Source: a virus. From it: a stretch of DNA of 64,000 nucleotides. Under the pieces are notes generated by a model. It did no database searches. It saw nothing but the letters and a program-made list of their open reading frames with translations, and was not told the origin of the DNA. Position numbers and translations under genes: made by a program. Numbering within the stretch: the first letter of the stretch is position 1; each line of letters starts with the position of its first letter. Below, piece after piece: positions 7,396 through 16,388 of the stretch. The stretch spans positions 38,810-102,809 of IMG/VR virus record IMGVR_UViG_3300037882_001264; one strand, given 5' to 3'.

Positions 7396-10020
7396 CTACT
7401 TCTTCGGGATCATCTTGTAGACGTCGACCATGGTCTCCGCGAAGTCCATGCCGTTCTTCAACTTCTGCTTGGGTGACCTACCCTCTTCACCCTCGCCCTT
7501 GGCGGGAGCAGTACCGGGGACGTGCATTGGGTTCTTCTTGACTTCGTCGATGACCTTCTTGGGGCCGTCTTCGATCGCCTTCTCAGTCAAGTGCGTGAGC
7601 GGGCCATCACCGCTGTGCTGCGGCGGCGCGAAGGATAGCGGGTTCCACTCAGCGACCACCGAGGGGAACCGGTCTACGGTCTCCCCCGCGAGCGCGAGTG
7701 CGGAGGTCACCGAGAGGCTCGGGTTCTCCTCGATCACACGGCTGGCCATCGCTGCGACAACCTGCTCGCGACGGCTGGCTTGCGTGCCGCTCGTGGGCTC
7801 GAAGTCGAGGTCGCTACCACCCTGCGCCTTGGGCGCGTTGCCGCCAGCGACAGCCGGGCCGCCCTCACGAGCCTCGGCCTTGGGCTGGGGGACGTTGGGG
7901 TTCTCGTTCTGCGCGACGACGTCGAAGGCACCCTCGGCGACCATCTTGCGGAGGGAGGCCAGCGCCTCGCCGCCAGTGGCATCCTCGACGGCCTTCTTGG
8001 GCTTCGGCTTGAGGCCAGACCCCTTGCACTTCGGGCAGGCCTTCGAGGCATCCCACGGGTGCGTTCCGCCACCCTTGCAGGCGCCGCAGTAAGGAGAGTC
8101 GTCGACAGCGCCGTTGTGGTGCTGCGGGCGCTTCTTCAGCCAGGCCTCCTGCTCGGGGGTCAGTTCACCGCGCAAGGGAACTCCGCCCTCCGGGAAGAGG
8201 TCCTTGGGGACGCCGCTCTTGGGGGCGCCAGGATGCGCCTGGCGGTCCCACTGCCACGAGGTGGGGTCGTCCTTCGGGTCGTAGGCGTTGGCAGCGAGAG
8301 CATCGAATGCGCCCTCGCGCACCATGGCACGGACCTGGTCGAGCGAGTAGGTCCGGTAGCGATCCATCGCGTCAGCGTGACGGTCGTAGGGGTCCGACTC
8401 GTGGGCGCGGTTCGAGCGCTCATCGTCCCCATAGGTCTCGCGATGCTCAGCATCAGAGTTCTCGGCCTCCTGCTGGCAGTCGTCACAGAGGTGGTGGCCA
8501 TAGGGGGCCTCGTCTCCGCAACCCTCGCACTCCCCAGCGGGGGGATTCGAGTGACCGTTCGCGACCTCGCTGGAGTACTGCGACATCTCGGCGTCGTTGA
8601 TCGCGGTCTTGCCAGCAGCAGAAGCCAGCCCGTGCTCGCTCGCCATCGACTTCTGGCAGTTGGTGCAGGTCTCGTTGCCGTAGGCGTTGGCGAAGCCGCA
8701 GGACTTGCACTCCTGGCGATCGTTGGCGGTCTTGACCGAGGACTCCTTCATCGGAGCACTCTTGTCCCACTGGGACTGCCGGTAGACGTCCCAGACGTCC
8801 TTGCCGTACGTCGAGATGGCCCAGGTCTTGTGGGCGTCGTAGTCGGCCTGAGTCGGCTGAGTGCTGCCGCCGTCGGGGTCCTTGCTGCGGATGTCGACGA
8901 GCGCGAAGCGACTCGACTCAGACTTCAGCGAGGCGTAGCGGTCGCTGTGGTCGGTGTGGTTGGCGCAGTACTCAGTGCCGGGCACCACGTCGTTCTCGCA
9001 GTACTCCGGGGGATTGATCGCAGTCGGGCCGTAACCCTCGCTGTGCACGATCGCATTGCACTGCGTGTCCTCATCGCCAGAGGCAGTCTTCGAGGAGGTC
9101 TTCAGGCTGACGGTTCCATCCCCACGACACGTCTGGCATCCAGTGTCGAACTTCCCGTCAGGCGAGACGACTCGACCGTGGCCGCTGCACTCAGGGCAGA
9201 TGCCCCGCTGCTCCGGCGGCGAGTAGGGCTTGCCGTTCTGGGTGAGCGTCTTGCCACTGGAGTCGAACGTCTCGTCGCCGTGGTAGCCGCTGTAACCGTA
9301 GGAGCCGTCGTCGTTGACCGTGACGTGCCGGGGCCCGTCCCAGAAGTTGTTCGGGTCGTGGACCAGCGTGTTCGGCTTGGTGGGGTGCCACACGACCGGG
9401 CCTGAACCGTGCTCGAAGCGAGCGTTGAGCGCGTCGGCATGCTCCTTCGGAGCGACCGTGTACTCGCTGCCCTCGGGGTCATCGATCGTGTGCGAGCGCC
9501 AGGTGTCGCCCCCAGCAGTTACCTGGCTACCCTCGAAAGGGAGGCGGCTCCCAGACTTGCCGAAGGGGTTGCCCGAGTCGTCGTCCGAGTCGTCGTCATC
9601 GTCATCCGAGTCATCGTCGCCCGAGTCATCCGAGTCCGAGTCATCGTCTTGATCGTCCGAACCGGAGTCGTCAGCATCGTCGCTGCTGTCGTCATCGCTG
9701 TCATCGGAGTCGTCGGAGTCCGAGTCGTCAGCGTCGCCATCCGAGTCGGTCTCCCACGGCTTTCCGCTGGCCTCCATGAGGAGCGCCCACTGCGAGCGGA
9801 GGTGGGCCTCGACGTCAGAAGGACCCACTCCAGCCGAGGCTGCGACCGTGCTGATGGCGTCCTCCGCCAGGGCAAGGCGATGCCCCAACTCGGCCTCGGT
9901 GCGAGCCAGCGCCACGTAGGGCATCAGGTCTCGCGAGGCCACGCGGGTGCTCGCCTGCGTACGGAGGGAAGCCTCTTCGTTGATGTCACGAGCGGCTTCG
10001 TCCCAGAGTGAGTACGTCAT
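7396..10020 (-). CDS. Large modular protein with multiple Zn ribbons and an acidic D/S tract
   Basis: 874 aa. Contains CPECSGHG/CQTCRGDG, CKSC/CTNC, CEGC/CDDC and CGACKGGG/CPKCKGSG, a roughly 60-aa D/S run, and an internal repeat (R.MV.EGAFD, twice). Confidence 0.8.
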   Translation of the reverse strand: MTYSLWDEAARDINEEASLRTQASTRVASRDLMPYVALARTEAELGHRLALAEDAISTVAASAGVGPSDVEAHLRSQWALLMEASGKPWETDSDGDADDSDSDDSDDSDDDSSDDADDSGSDDQDDDSDSDDSGDDDSDDDDDDSDDDSGNPFGKSGSRLPFEGSQVTAGGDTWRSHTIDDPEGSEYTVAPKEHADALNARFEHGSGPVVWHPTKPNTLVHDPNNFWDGPRHVTVNDDGSYGYSGYHGDETFDSSGKTLTQNGKPYSPPEQRGICPECSGHGRVVSPDGKFDTGCQTCRGDGTVSLKTSSKTASGDEDTQCNAIVHSEGYGPTAINPPEYCENDVVPGTEYCANHTDHSDRYASLKSESSRFALVDIRSKDPDGGSTQPTQADYDAHKTWAISTYGKDVWDVYRQSQWDKSAPMKESSVKTANDRQECKSCGFANAYGNETCTNCQKSMASEHGLASAAGKTAINDAEMSQYSSEVANGHSNPPAGECEGCGDEAPYGHHLCDDCQQEAENSDAEHRETYGDDERSNRAHESDPYDRHADAMDRYRTYSLDQVRAMVREGAFDALAANAYDPKDDPTSWQWDRQAHPGAPKSGVPKDLFPEGGVPLRGELTPEQEAWLKKRPQHHNGAVDDSPYCGACKGGGTHPWDASKACPKCKGSGLKPKPKKAVEDATGGEALASLRKMVAEGAFDVVAQNENPNVPQPKAEAREGGPAVAGGNAPKAQGGSDLDFEPTSGTQASRREQVVAAMASRVIEENPSLSVTSALALAGETVDRFPSVVAEWNPLSFAPPQHSGDGPLTHLTEKAIEDGPKKVIDEVKKNPMHVPGTAPAKGEGEEGRSPKQKLKNGMDFAETMVDVYKMIPKK

Positions 10021-10029
10021 GTCGATCCT

Positions 10030-12282
10030 TCAGTTGCCGATGGCCGCGAGGCCAGCCTGGACGCGCTTGCGGAAAGCCAGCGTGCGGTCTGCACTCTGGA
10101 GGTTCCCCGAGTCGTCGATGGGGGCTTGCAGTTGCGATGTGCCAGTCGGCTCCGTGGGAACACCGGTCGGGACGACCGGGCTACCGAAGGGCTCGGTGCC
10201 GTTGTACGGGGCAGGTCCGCCAGGAGCAGCGGCGTCTGCCTGACCGGCCAGCGGGCCCGGACGACCGGGACCGTTGATCGGGGTCTCTCCAACCGGGGAG
10301 GCGGTGCCGGAGGGGTTGGAGATATCGAGGTCGGTTGAGGTTGCAGACTCAGTCCGGATATACGGACCCTCGACGACACCTCCTTGGCTAGCCACCACTT
10401 TGCCGGAGAATGAAGCATGCAGCGAGATGCGCTCGCTGAAGTCGGGGTACTTGGCCGCCTGCACGGCGTGCGCCTGGACCCAGGCCGACTGCGCCGGAGC
10501 GTTGTCGGAGATGCCTGCGTAAAGACCGGCCTCGAACTCAGCCGAACCCTTCTTCACCAGCGGCTTGCTGGCGTTCCACTTGCTGGCGAACCGGTAGGCC
10601 TTGCGGAAGTCCTCACCCTCGCGCGTGTCAGCGGTAACGAAGAGATCCGACACCTTAGTCAGCGCGGCGGTCTTGACGGAACCAGTCATCTGCGACTGGC
10701 CATTGTCGCCGCCGAGCGAGGAAGGCACGCTCTGCGGCTGGGCCGAGGAGACCTCGCCCATACCCTTGCCGTAGCCCTCGACGTAGCCAGCCGAGAAGGG
10801 CAGGCCAGCCGAGTTGTCGGCGTAGGTGGCAGCCTGCCCCGTCTTGGCATCAGCCAGACCGGCAGCGAAGCCAGCGGTGTACGAGCCACCCTGCTGCGGC
10901 TGCGGCGTGGTCGCCGGGGAGTTGGCGACACCAGGCTGGGGCACGGCGTGCGGAGCGTCCGATGCACCGAACATGTCGGCGGTCTTCTGCGTCTCGGCAC
11001 TACCGAACGAGCGGAAGGAACTGAAGCCGCTGTTGCCACGACCATCGTCGTAGCGACCGTCATCGGTTGCGTGCATGGTGTCGCCGTAGTCGATGCGACC
11101 ATCGCGCTTGGCGGCGACATCCTTGACGAACTTGGTGATGGTGTCGTGGTTGTCCTCGCCGAAGCGGTCGACGAGTTCGTCGTGCATCGCCGGGGGCACG
11201 TTGTGCTTGCGGTAGGCGGCCAACTGGGCACGCGACACGGTGCCGTAGGACTCGTGGAAGATCGGGGCAGCAGCGGCCTCAACCTCAAGCGAGGCCTCCT
11301 TCTTGTCCTCCTCATCGTCCCCACCGAGGACGCTGCCCGCAACCTCAGCCGCAAGCGGCAGGGCGCGGACGAGGAGCGGGAGGATGGCTTCCTTCTTGTC
11401 AGCCGTCACGGGGACGGCCTTGTTAGGGGAGCCTCCGGGAACGGCCTCCGGGTCAACCTCAGGGCCACCCAGCAGCCACGGGAAGGCCACCTCGCCAGGG
11501 AGCGGGGTGGGGCGCTCAGTCACGCCATCAGGTGCGGTAGTCTGCTCGATCTGATCCAGACCAGAGGCAGCCTGACGGCTCAGAAACTCGTCCATGTTGT
11601 AGAGGTAGCCCAGCGCGACGCTGCCTTCCTGGTGGTAGTCCTGGACCTCGCCCTGGCTCTGGCCACCGCCGCCCTGCACGATCTCCTGAAGGAGAGGATT
11701 GCGCTCGGAGGTCTCGGTGCCGACAACGCCCTGGTTGATCGGGTGGACCTCATCCGCGAAGTTGTCGAAGACCTCCGGGGGCACCGGGGTGGGCTTGTTC
11801 GTGACACCATCGGGCGCAACGGTCTGATCGATCTGGTCGAGACCAGAGGCCGCCTCACGGCGGTAGAGGAAGCCGACGTAGGAGAGGAAGTCGGCCTGGG
11901 CGTCGAGCGCGTCTGCGCCGTAGACACCGGCAGTGCGGCGGGCCATGCCCTCCGCCTGCGCACCGAACTCGTGGACGTCGGCCTTGACCTCGGGGGAGAC
12001 CCGGCCGTACCAGAGGGCCGCTTCAGCCATGATCGGCTGGTGGTACTCGACACGGTCCTCATCGGAGCCGAGCCAGTCCGTCGCAGCGGTGTGCGGGACG
12101 AAGGTCGGAACCGAGGCCATGGTGGGAGTGATCACCGCGTCAGCGAGGTCGATCGCCCGAGCGTCACGGGAGGCCTGCGCCTGCTTGCGGTCAAAGTCGT
12201 CCAGTGCTTCGACGAGCGACATCTGCTCGCTGAGGCTGGACGCCTTGTTGATGGCAGCGATGATCTCTGCACGAGTGTTCAC
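10030..12282 (-). CDS. Large putative virion structural/internal protein
   Basis: Probable start GTG 12282 (GAGGAG RBS, GTGA overlap). Internal repeat AASGLDQI.QT.APDGVT..PTP occurs twice; Ala/Gly/Pro-rich. Confidence 0.75.
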   Translation of the reverse strand: MNTRAEIIAAINKASSLSEQMSLVEALDDFDRKQAQASRDARAIDLADAVITPTMASVPTFVPHTAATDWLGSDEDRVEYHQPIMAEAALWYGRVSPEVKADVHEFGAQAEGMARRTAGVYGADALDAQADFLSYVGFLYRREAASGLDQIDQTVAPDGVTNKPTPVPPEVFDNFADEVHPINQGVVGTETSERNPLLQEIVQGGGGQSQGEVQDYHQEGSVALGYLYNMDEFLSRQAASGLDQIEQTTAPDGVTERPTPLPGEVAFPWLLGGPEVDPEAVPGGSPNKAVPVTADKKEAILPLLVRALPLAAEVAGSVLGGDDEEDKKEASLEVEAAAAPIFHESYGTVSRAQLAAYRKHNVPPAMHDELVDRFGEDNHDTITKFVKDVAAKRDGRIDYGDTMHATDDGRYDDGRGNSGFSSFRSFGSAETQKTADMFGASDAPHAVPQPGVANSPATTPQPQQGGSYTAGFAAGLADAKTGQAATYADNSAGLPFSAGYVEGYGKGMGEVSSAQPQSVPSSLGGDNGQSQMTGSVKTAALTKVSDLFVTADTREGEDFRKAYRFASKWNASKPLVKKGSAEFEAGLYAGISDNAPAQSAWVQAHAVQAAKYPDFSERISLHASFSGKVVASQGGVVEGPYIRTESATSTDLDISNPSGTASPVGETPINGPGRPGPLAGQADAAAPGGPAPYNGTEPFGSPVVPTGVPTEPTGTSQLQAPIDDSGNLQSADRTLAFRKRVQAGLAAIGN

Positions 12283-13361
12283 TGGGTCTCCTCTGAGTCG
12301 AGCACATTCCGGGCTCGTTGGGCGATAGCGGATCCTTGCCGCCAATCGCGGGGCTGCAAACTGGTGAATACGCGCCTCGAACCTTGGTCCTGATCGAAGG
12401 CCTTGAGCGTTGTCGGTGATGTCGTCGCGTTCGACGCGCCACCCGTGGGGTCGACGGCAGAGCCTGCCCCCACGTTCTCAGCATAGCCACAGCGCACGCA
12501 GGAGTAGTGATCGCCCTGCCTACGGAGTGACCCGTGCGCCCCACATACAGGGCAGTTCGTCGACTGGGCCTGGTTACTTCCCCCAGGTCCATGCGGGTCG
12601 AACGGAAGTCGGTTGCTGTTCGCCCCAGGGGTCCCGTAGCCGGGGATCTCCTGCTGACGCTGGTTGTCAGGCACGACCTGGAACTGGCGGGTCCGGTCTT
12701 CGAGGTGCGTGCCCTGGTCGGTCTCGATGTAGACGTGCCGACCACTCGACTCGTGGTTGCGGACCTTCTTGACCTTCAGCGTCTGGCCCGTGGGGGTCCG
12801 GATGCTGTCGCCCGGGTTGAGGCGGTCGGCGCGCGTCTCGAACTGAGTTGCCTCAGCGGACAGGCTCGACTGCTTCTCGTGAAGGTCATCGTTGACAGTG
12901 TCGCAGGTGGGGACCCAGTCGTCCTTGTCCTCAGGCTTGTCCATTCCGCAGGCCGGGCAGTAGTCCAGGCTAGGACGCCAGTCGTGCGTGTTCTGGTTGG
13001 GGCCCGTGCGGGCAGAGCGCTTCTGGTCGAAGACCTCGTCGGGATCGTAGGTCTTGCGAGCGGGGGAGGGCGCCGAGGCGTACTGGTCGAACGGCGAGTC
13101 CTGGCTGTTCTCGTAGGCCTCTTGGCGGTCGCCGTCCACGCAGGTCGGGCACTTCGGCGAGCGGGTGTTCTTCGGGACAACCATCGGCGTGCCACAGCCG
13201 ACACACGAACCGCGCTCGGCCTTCTTGGTCATGCTGCGGCGGACCTTCTTCTGGTCCGTCGAGGGGTTACGGCGAATGCTGGAGGTGCTACCACGCATGG
13301 GCTCGCGCTGAGGCTTATCCTCAGCGGCCTGAGCCTTGCTCTTCGCACTCTCGTGCTGCAT
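12279..13361 (-). CDS. Modular Zn-ribbon protein
   Basis: 360 aa; CVGC/CPTC, YCPAC and CPVC/CVRC; GGAGG RBS; first gene after the late-type motif. Confidence 0.75.
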   Translation of the reverse strand: MQHESAKSKAQAAEDKPQREPMRGSTSSIRRNPSTDQKKVRRSMTKKAERGSCVGCGTPMVVPKNTRSPKCPTCVDGDRQEAYENSQDSPFDQYASAPSPARKTYDPDEVFDQKRSARTGPNQNTHDWRPSLDYCPACGMDKPEDKDDWVPTCDTVNDDLHEKQSSLSAEATQFETRADRLNPGDSIRTPTGQTLKVKKVRNHESSGRHVYIETDQGTHLEDRTRQFQVVPDNQRQQEIPGYGTPGANSNRLPFDPHGPGGSNQAQSTNCPVCGAHGSLRRQGDHYSCVRCGYAENVGAGSAVDPTGGASNATTSPTTLKAFDQDQGSRRVFTSLQPRDWRQGSAIAQRARNVLDSEETQ

Positions 13362-13381
13362 TCGACCCTCCAGAGTCCCGT

Positions 13382-13418
13382 CCTACCCCTTCGGGGGCAT
13401 CTACAACGGGGGGACAGG
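13382..13418 (-). promoter_or_regulatory. Bipartite late-type motif copy 3: CCTGTC-N20-GAAGGGGTAGG
   Basis: Heads the 13361-6676 head-region operon. Confidence 0.7.
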
Positions 13419-13549
13419 GGTCATCCAACAGAGAATCTCCGAGACCCTCCTCGATCGCCTCGCGCTCCGTCAGCGGCTCGCGAGGGTCGCGCCCCTTATG
13501 CGGCCCAGCCGCACCGCTAGAGCGGAGGCCCTGGACACGCTGCACGCGG

Positions 13550-14164
13550 TCACCCATGGGCGCGTAGATCGCTCACGGCCTGGGCGTAGCCAGCCTCGTA
13601 CCCCTCGGCGTAGGTGCGTGTGTCGCGACCTCCGTGGTCCTCGGTCTCCCGCCCCTCAAGGTGGTCCGGGTGCACGTAGATGCGACAGCCCGCTCGGCTC
13701 TGCGCGAGACGGTAGATCATGCCCGCCTTGTGGAGGCCACTGAGGACTCCGGACGACTGGCCGTGGTGCCACTCGGTCGACATGGAGAGGTCCTTCCACG
13801 TCATACCTCTGGCTCCAGCCTTGAGCAGGCGAGACAGGGTCTCTTCCTGACGCTCCGAGGTCTTCCCCGAGGAGTCGGCACTGTGGGCTCGATCCCGGCT
13901 CGTCACCGATCCGGACCAACCCGAGGTACCTGCGTACTCCAGGGCAGGTACCTGTGACTTGGGCGCGGGCGAAACCGTAACCCCTGCGGCGAGGACGATC
14001 TCCTCCATCAGAGCCTGGTTCCTCTTGTGGTCCTGGGGGCTCGGGATCGGGATCCCTTCCCAGAAGATAGAGAGGGGGTCGTTAGCGTGCATGCCGAATG
14101 GGTGCTCCGGCTTCGTGCAGAGCATCGAGGGGGTCTCGGGATTGGGTGCCCCACAGATGCCCAT
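13550..14164 (-). CDS. Winged-HTH-like DNA-binding protein
   Basis: GMTWKDLS...HHGQSSGVLSGLHKAGMIYRL pattern. Confidence 0.6.
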   Translation of the reverse strand: MGICGAPNPETPSMLCTKPEHPFGMHANDPLSIFWEGIPIPSPQDHKRNQALMEEIVLAAGVTVSPAPKSQVPALEYAGTSGWSGSVTSRDRAHSADSSGKTSERQEETLSRLLKAGARGMTWKDLSMSTEWHHGQSSGVLSGLHKAGMIYRLAQSRAGCRIYVHPDHLEGRETEDHGGRDTRTYAEGYEAGYAQAVSDLRAHG

Positions 14165-14604
14165 CAGTCCACCTCGGGGAACCGAGGCGCCCCCTGGAGG
14201 TAGCCAGCGATCTTGGTCAGCGACTCGTAGTAGATCGAGTCCTCGGGCACCCCGACGAGGGCGGCACGGATCTCCATGATTACGGTGTCGATGCGCGACT
14301 CCAACTCACCGTGGTCGTTGACCAGGCCAGAGATCAGCATCGTCAACGGTGCGCCGCTCATCCCGTCATAGACCGGGACCTTGTCGAGCATGCCCCTGAT
14401 GACTGCGCGCTCGCGCCCCTCAGCGTCCAACTGCTGGCTCAGCGACTCGATCTTCAGCCGGAGGTCTGCTGCCTCGCTGTGGGCAGTGGTCGCCTGGCGT
14501 TGCAGCGCATCCTCGACAGCGTGCTGCTTGAGGACCGATTCCTCCCAGTAGCGGAGCATCGCCGTCACTCGACTGCGACGGATGAGGGGCCAACGGATGT
14601 TCAT
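14164..14604 (-). CDS. Hypothetical coiled-coil protein
   Basis: Probable start ATG 14604 (ATGA overlap); heptad-like central region. Confidence 0.6.
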   Translation of the reverse strand: MNIRWPLIRRSRVTAMLRYWEESVLKQHAVEDALQRQATTAHSEAADLRLKIESLSQQLDAEGRERAVIRGMLDKVPVYDGMSGAPLTMLISGLVNDHGELESRIDTVIMEIRAALVGVPEDSIYYESLTKIAGYLQGAPRFPEVD

Positions 14605-14858
14605 ACCCGGCCGCCCATCCGCTCGGCAGCAGACTTGCAGGGCGGGCATACCGGAAGCCCCTGGGGGTCTCGGGAGGGGATCCAGACATGGCCGCAGAGG
14701 GCCTCGACCTCATGGCCGAAGACCATCGCCTCGGTCACCCGGGTCTGTCCGGACTTGCCTCCGCTGGGGCCGACGATGTGCGAGCAGGCAGGGCGGTCCC
14801 CACTGCCCGTGGTGGTCTTCGTCATGACGTCGGTGTCATGTTCAAGGAGGAGGGTCAT
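14601..14858 (-). CDS. DUF3039-like actinobacterial Zn-binding protein
   Basis: SHIV...VTEAMVFG.EVEALCGHVWIPSRDP...PVCPPCK matches the DUF3039 pattern. Confidence 0.8.
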   Translation of the reverse strand: MTLLLEHDTDVMTKTTTGSGDRPACSHIVGPSGGKSGQTRVTEAMVFGHEVEALCGHVWIPSRDPQGLPVCPPCKSAAERMGGRV

Positions 14859-14867
14859 GATGCCATC

Positions 14868-15149
14868 CTAGCGGGCCGCAGCCAGGTTGGCCAACCTGGC
14901 TGAGTCGTAGAGGGCAAGCGCAGGGCTCGTCATCCCTTCGCGCAGCACCTTGAGGTGGACGCGCTTGACGTTGCGACCGTGCTCGACCATGTGCTGGTCC
15001 CAGCGCTCGTCGGGGATGTCCATGGGGTTCGCGCACCGGCACTCAACAACGACCCAGAGGCCGCAGGTGCACTCGACGATCGTCTGTCCGTTCTGCGCCT
15101 CCGTCACGTCTACGTCGTGCCCTGGCACTTGGTTCTTCGGGGGTGTCAT
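14868..15149 (-). CDS. Small Cys/His-rich hypothetical protein
   Basis: 93 aa; ECTCG and ECRC; ATGA overlap. Confidence 0.65.
   Translation of the reverse strand: MTPPKNQVPGHDVDVTEAQNGQTIVECTCGLWVVVECRCANPMDIPDERWDQHMVEHGRNVKRVHLKVLREGMTSPALALYDSARLANLAAAR
14879..14902. promoter_or_regulatory. Perfect 24-bp palindrome overlapping a SigA-like promoter (TTGGCC-N18-TAGGAT)
   Basis: CAGCCAGGTTGG|CCAACCTGGCTG; the -10 element lies 6 nt before ATG 14858, a leaderless geometry. Confidence 0.5.
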
Positions 15150-15436
15150 GCGGCGTTCTCCTGGCTCTCTCGGGTCTTGGCGATGCGGTGGACGCGCTTG
15201 ACGCGATCCTCCTTGAACGAGCGGATCATCTTGTGGGGTTCGGGAGCCAGCGCGTCGATCCAGGTCGCACCGGTCTCATCGTTGGTGACCTTGCGGATGA
15301 AGAGCACCCTCCCCGGGATCCCCCGGACAGACAACTCTGTGCCTCGCGTGACGTTGCGCCCGTTGATCTGGATCTCGCCCTCGATGGAGCACCCCAGTGG
15401 CGCGAGGTCATACATGGTGACCTTCTGCTTTGCCAT
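15146..15436 (-). CDS. Hypothetical protein (small beta-rich domain)
   Basis: Probable start MAKQK at 15436; coupled to the upstream stop. Confidence 0.65.
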   Translation of the reverse strand: MAKQKVTMYDLAPLGCSIEGEIQINGRNVTRGTELSVRGIPGRVLFIRKVTNDETGATWIDALAPEPHKMIRSFKEDRVKRVHRIAKTRESQENAA

Positions 15437-15438
15437 GA

Positions 15439-16299
15439 TCACTTCCTCTTCTTCGCTCTGGCCTTGGCCTCTTCGATGACCTGTGCCTCGGTCTTGCCTT
15501 CCTTCCACGCGATGGCCGGAACCAGGGCGTCGATGACGGCCTGATTGCTCCTGCCGCCATACACAGCGCCCTCGTACTGGTCCGTCAGTAGCGTGCGCGC
15601 CGTGCGGAGAGTCTTGACTGTCTCTCTGCGGCGGTAGGCCTTGCCACGCGAGGCGACGTGCCAGTAGTCCTCGCCGTAGACACCCTCCTCGATGACGATA
15701 ACCAGCGGCTCTCCGTTGGGGGTGATGCCCTTGGCGACCTTGGCAGCCTGGCGCTCAGCCTTGGCAGCCTCGCGGGCCTCACGCTCAGCCTTACGGGCAG
15801 GCAGTTCGAGGCGGCCCGGGTTGTTCAGCACCTCAGCCGGGGCCGAGGGGTAGCAGATGGTGCAGGCATCCTGGCCAGCGAGGGCGACGATCTCGTCCTC
15901 GTCCATTCCAGAGACCTGGGGGAGCCAGCCGAAGCGGGTGGTCGCGAAGCAGGTGTTGCACTCCATCGACTTGTGGACGTGGCCACCAGTGTTGTCGACG
16001 AGCCACGCACGGGTCCAGCCACCCCGGCGGAGGAACTCCTCGGTGAAGGGCTGGGTCTCCTGCTGCTTGGCCGAGATCTCATCACGCAGCGCGTCGAGAG
16101 CGAGCGTGGAGCGCTCGACATCCTTCTGGCTGTACTGCGACCAGCGAACCTCGCCGCTCTCCAGTGCCGCCACCTGTCGCTCGATGTACGCGAGGTGCTT
16201 CAGGCTGCGGTCGAAGTTGAGGTTGAGTTCCCAGAGTTCGTCATAGATGCGGGCAAGTTCGGTGTCGATCTCGGCGGGGGTCTGAGTGGTGAGGTCCAT
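15439..16299 (-). CDS. Conserved actinophage hypothetical protein (HVH..C..C / C..CYPSAP)
   Basis: ATG 16299 after AGGAG; GWTRAWLV...GGHVHKSMECNTC...CTICYPSAP; first gene after a SigA-like promoter. Confidence 0.75.
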   Translation of the reverse strand: MDLTTQTPAEIDTELARIYDELWELNLNFDRSLKHLAYIERQVAALESGEVRWSQYSQKDVERSTLALDALRDEISAKQQETQPFTEEFLRRGGWTRAWLVDNTGGHVHKSMECNTCFATTRFGWLPQVSGMDEDEIVALAGQDACTICYPSAPAEVLNNPGRLELPARKAEREAREAAKAERQAAKVAKGITPNGEPLVIVIEEGVYGEDYWHVASRGKAYRRRETVKTLRTARTLLTDQYEGAVYGGRSNQAVIDALVPAIAWKEGKTEAQVIEEAKARAKKRK

Positions 16300-16341
16300 C
16301 TTGGCGCTCCTCTGGCGGTAGGGGCTGGGCTGCTGAGTGAA

Positions 16342-16370
16342 ACAATACAGGAGCCTGGGGCTCAGGTCAA
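16342..16370 (-). promoter_or_regulatory. SigA-like (early) promoter TTGACC-N17-TATTGT
   Basis: Intergenic; hexamers and spacing identical to the promoter at 50833-50861. Confidence 0.75.
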
Positions 16371-16388
16371 GTACCTGAGCAGACTTTC

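Noticed and set aside
9575-9750. Tandem repeat or CRISPR-like array
   Set aside because: Low-complexity GAC/TCG codons encoding an in-frame Asp/Ser tract, with no fixed repeat-spacer period.
12700-12850. Intein/HINT remnant (RADRLNPGDSI; similar ELEPGDRL at 45769-46044)
   Set aside because: Lacks the N-terminal Cys block and the HN terminus, so more likely a small SH3-like barrel. DnaE, RecA, DnaB, RNR and terminase show no intein-sized inserts.
13321-13557. 78-aa minus-strand ORF
   Set aside because: It runs through the late motif and into the next gene with no clear RBS; coding status is unsupported.
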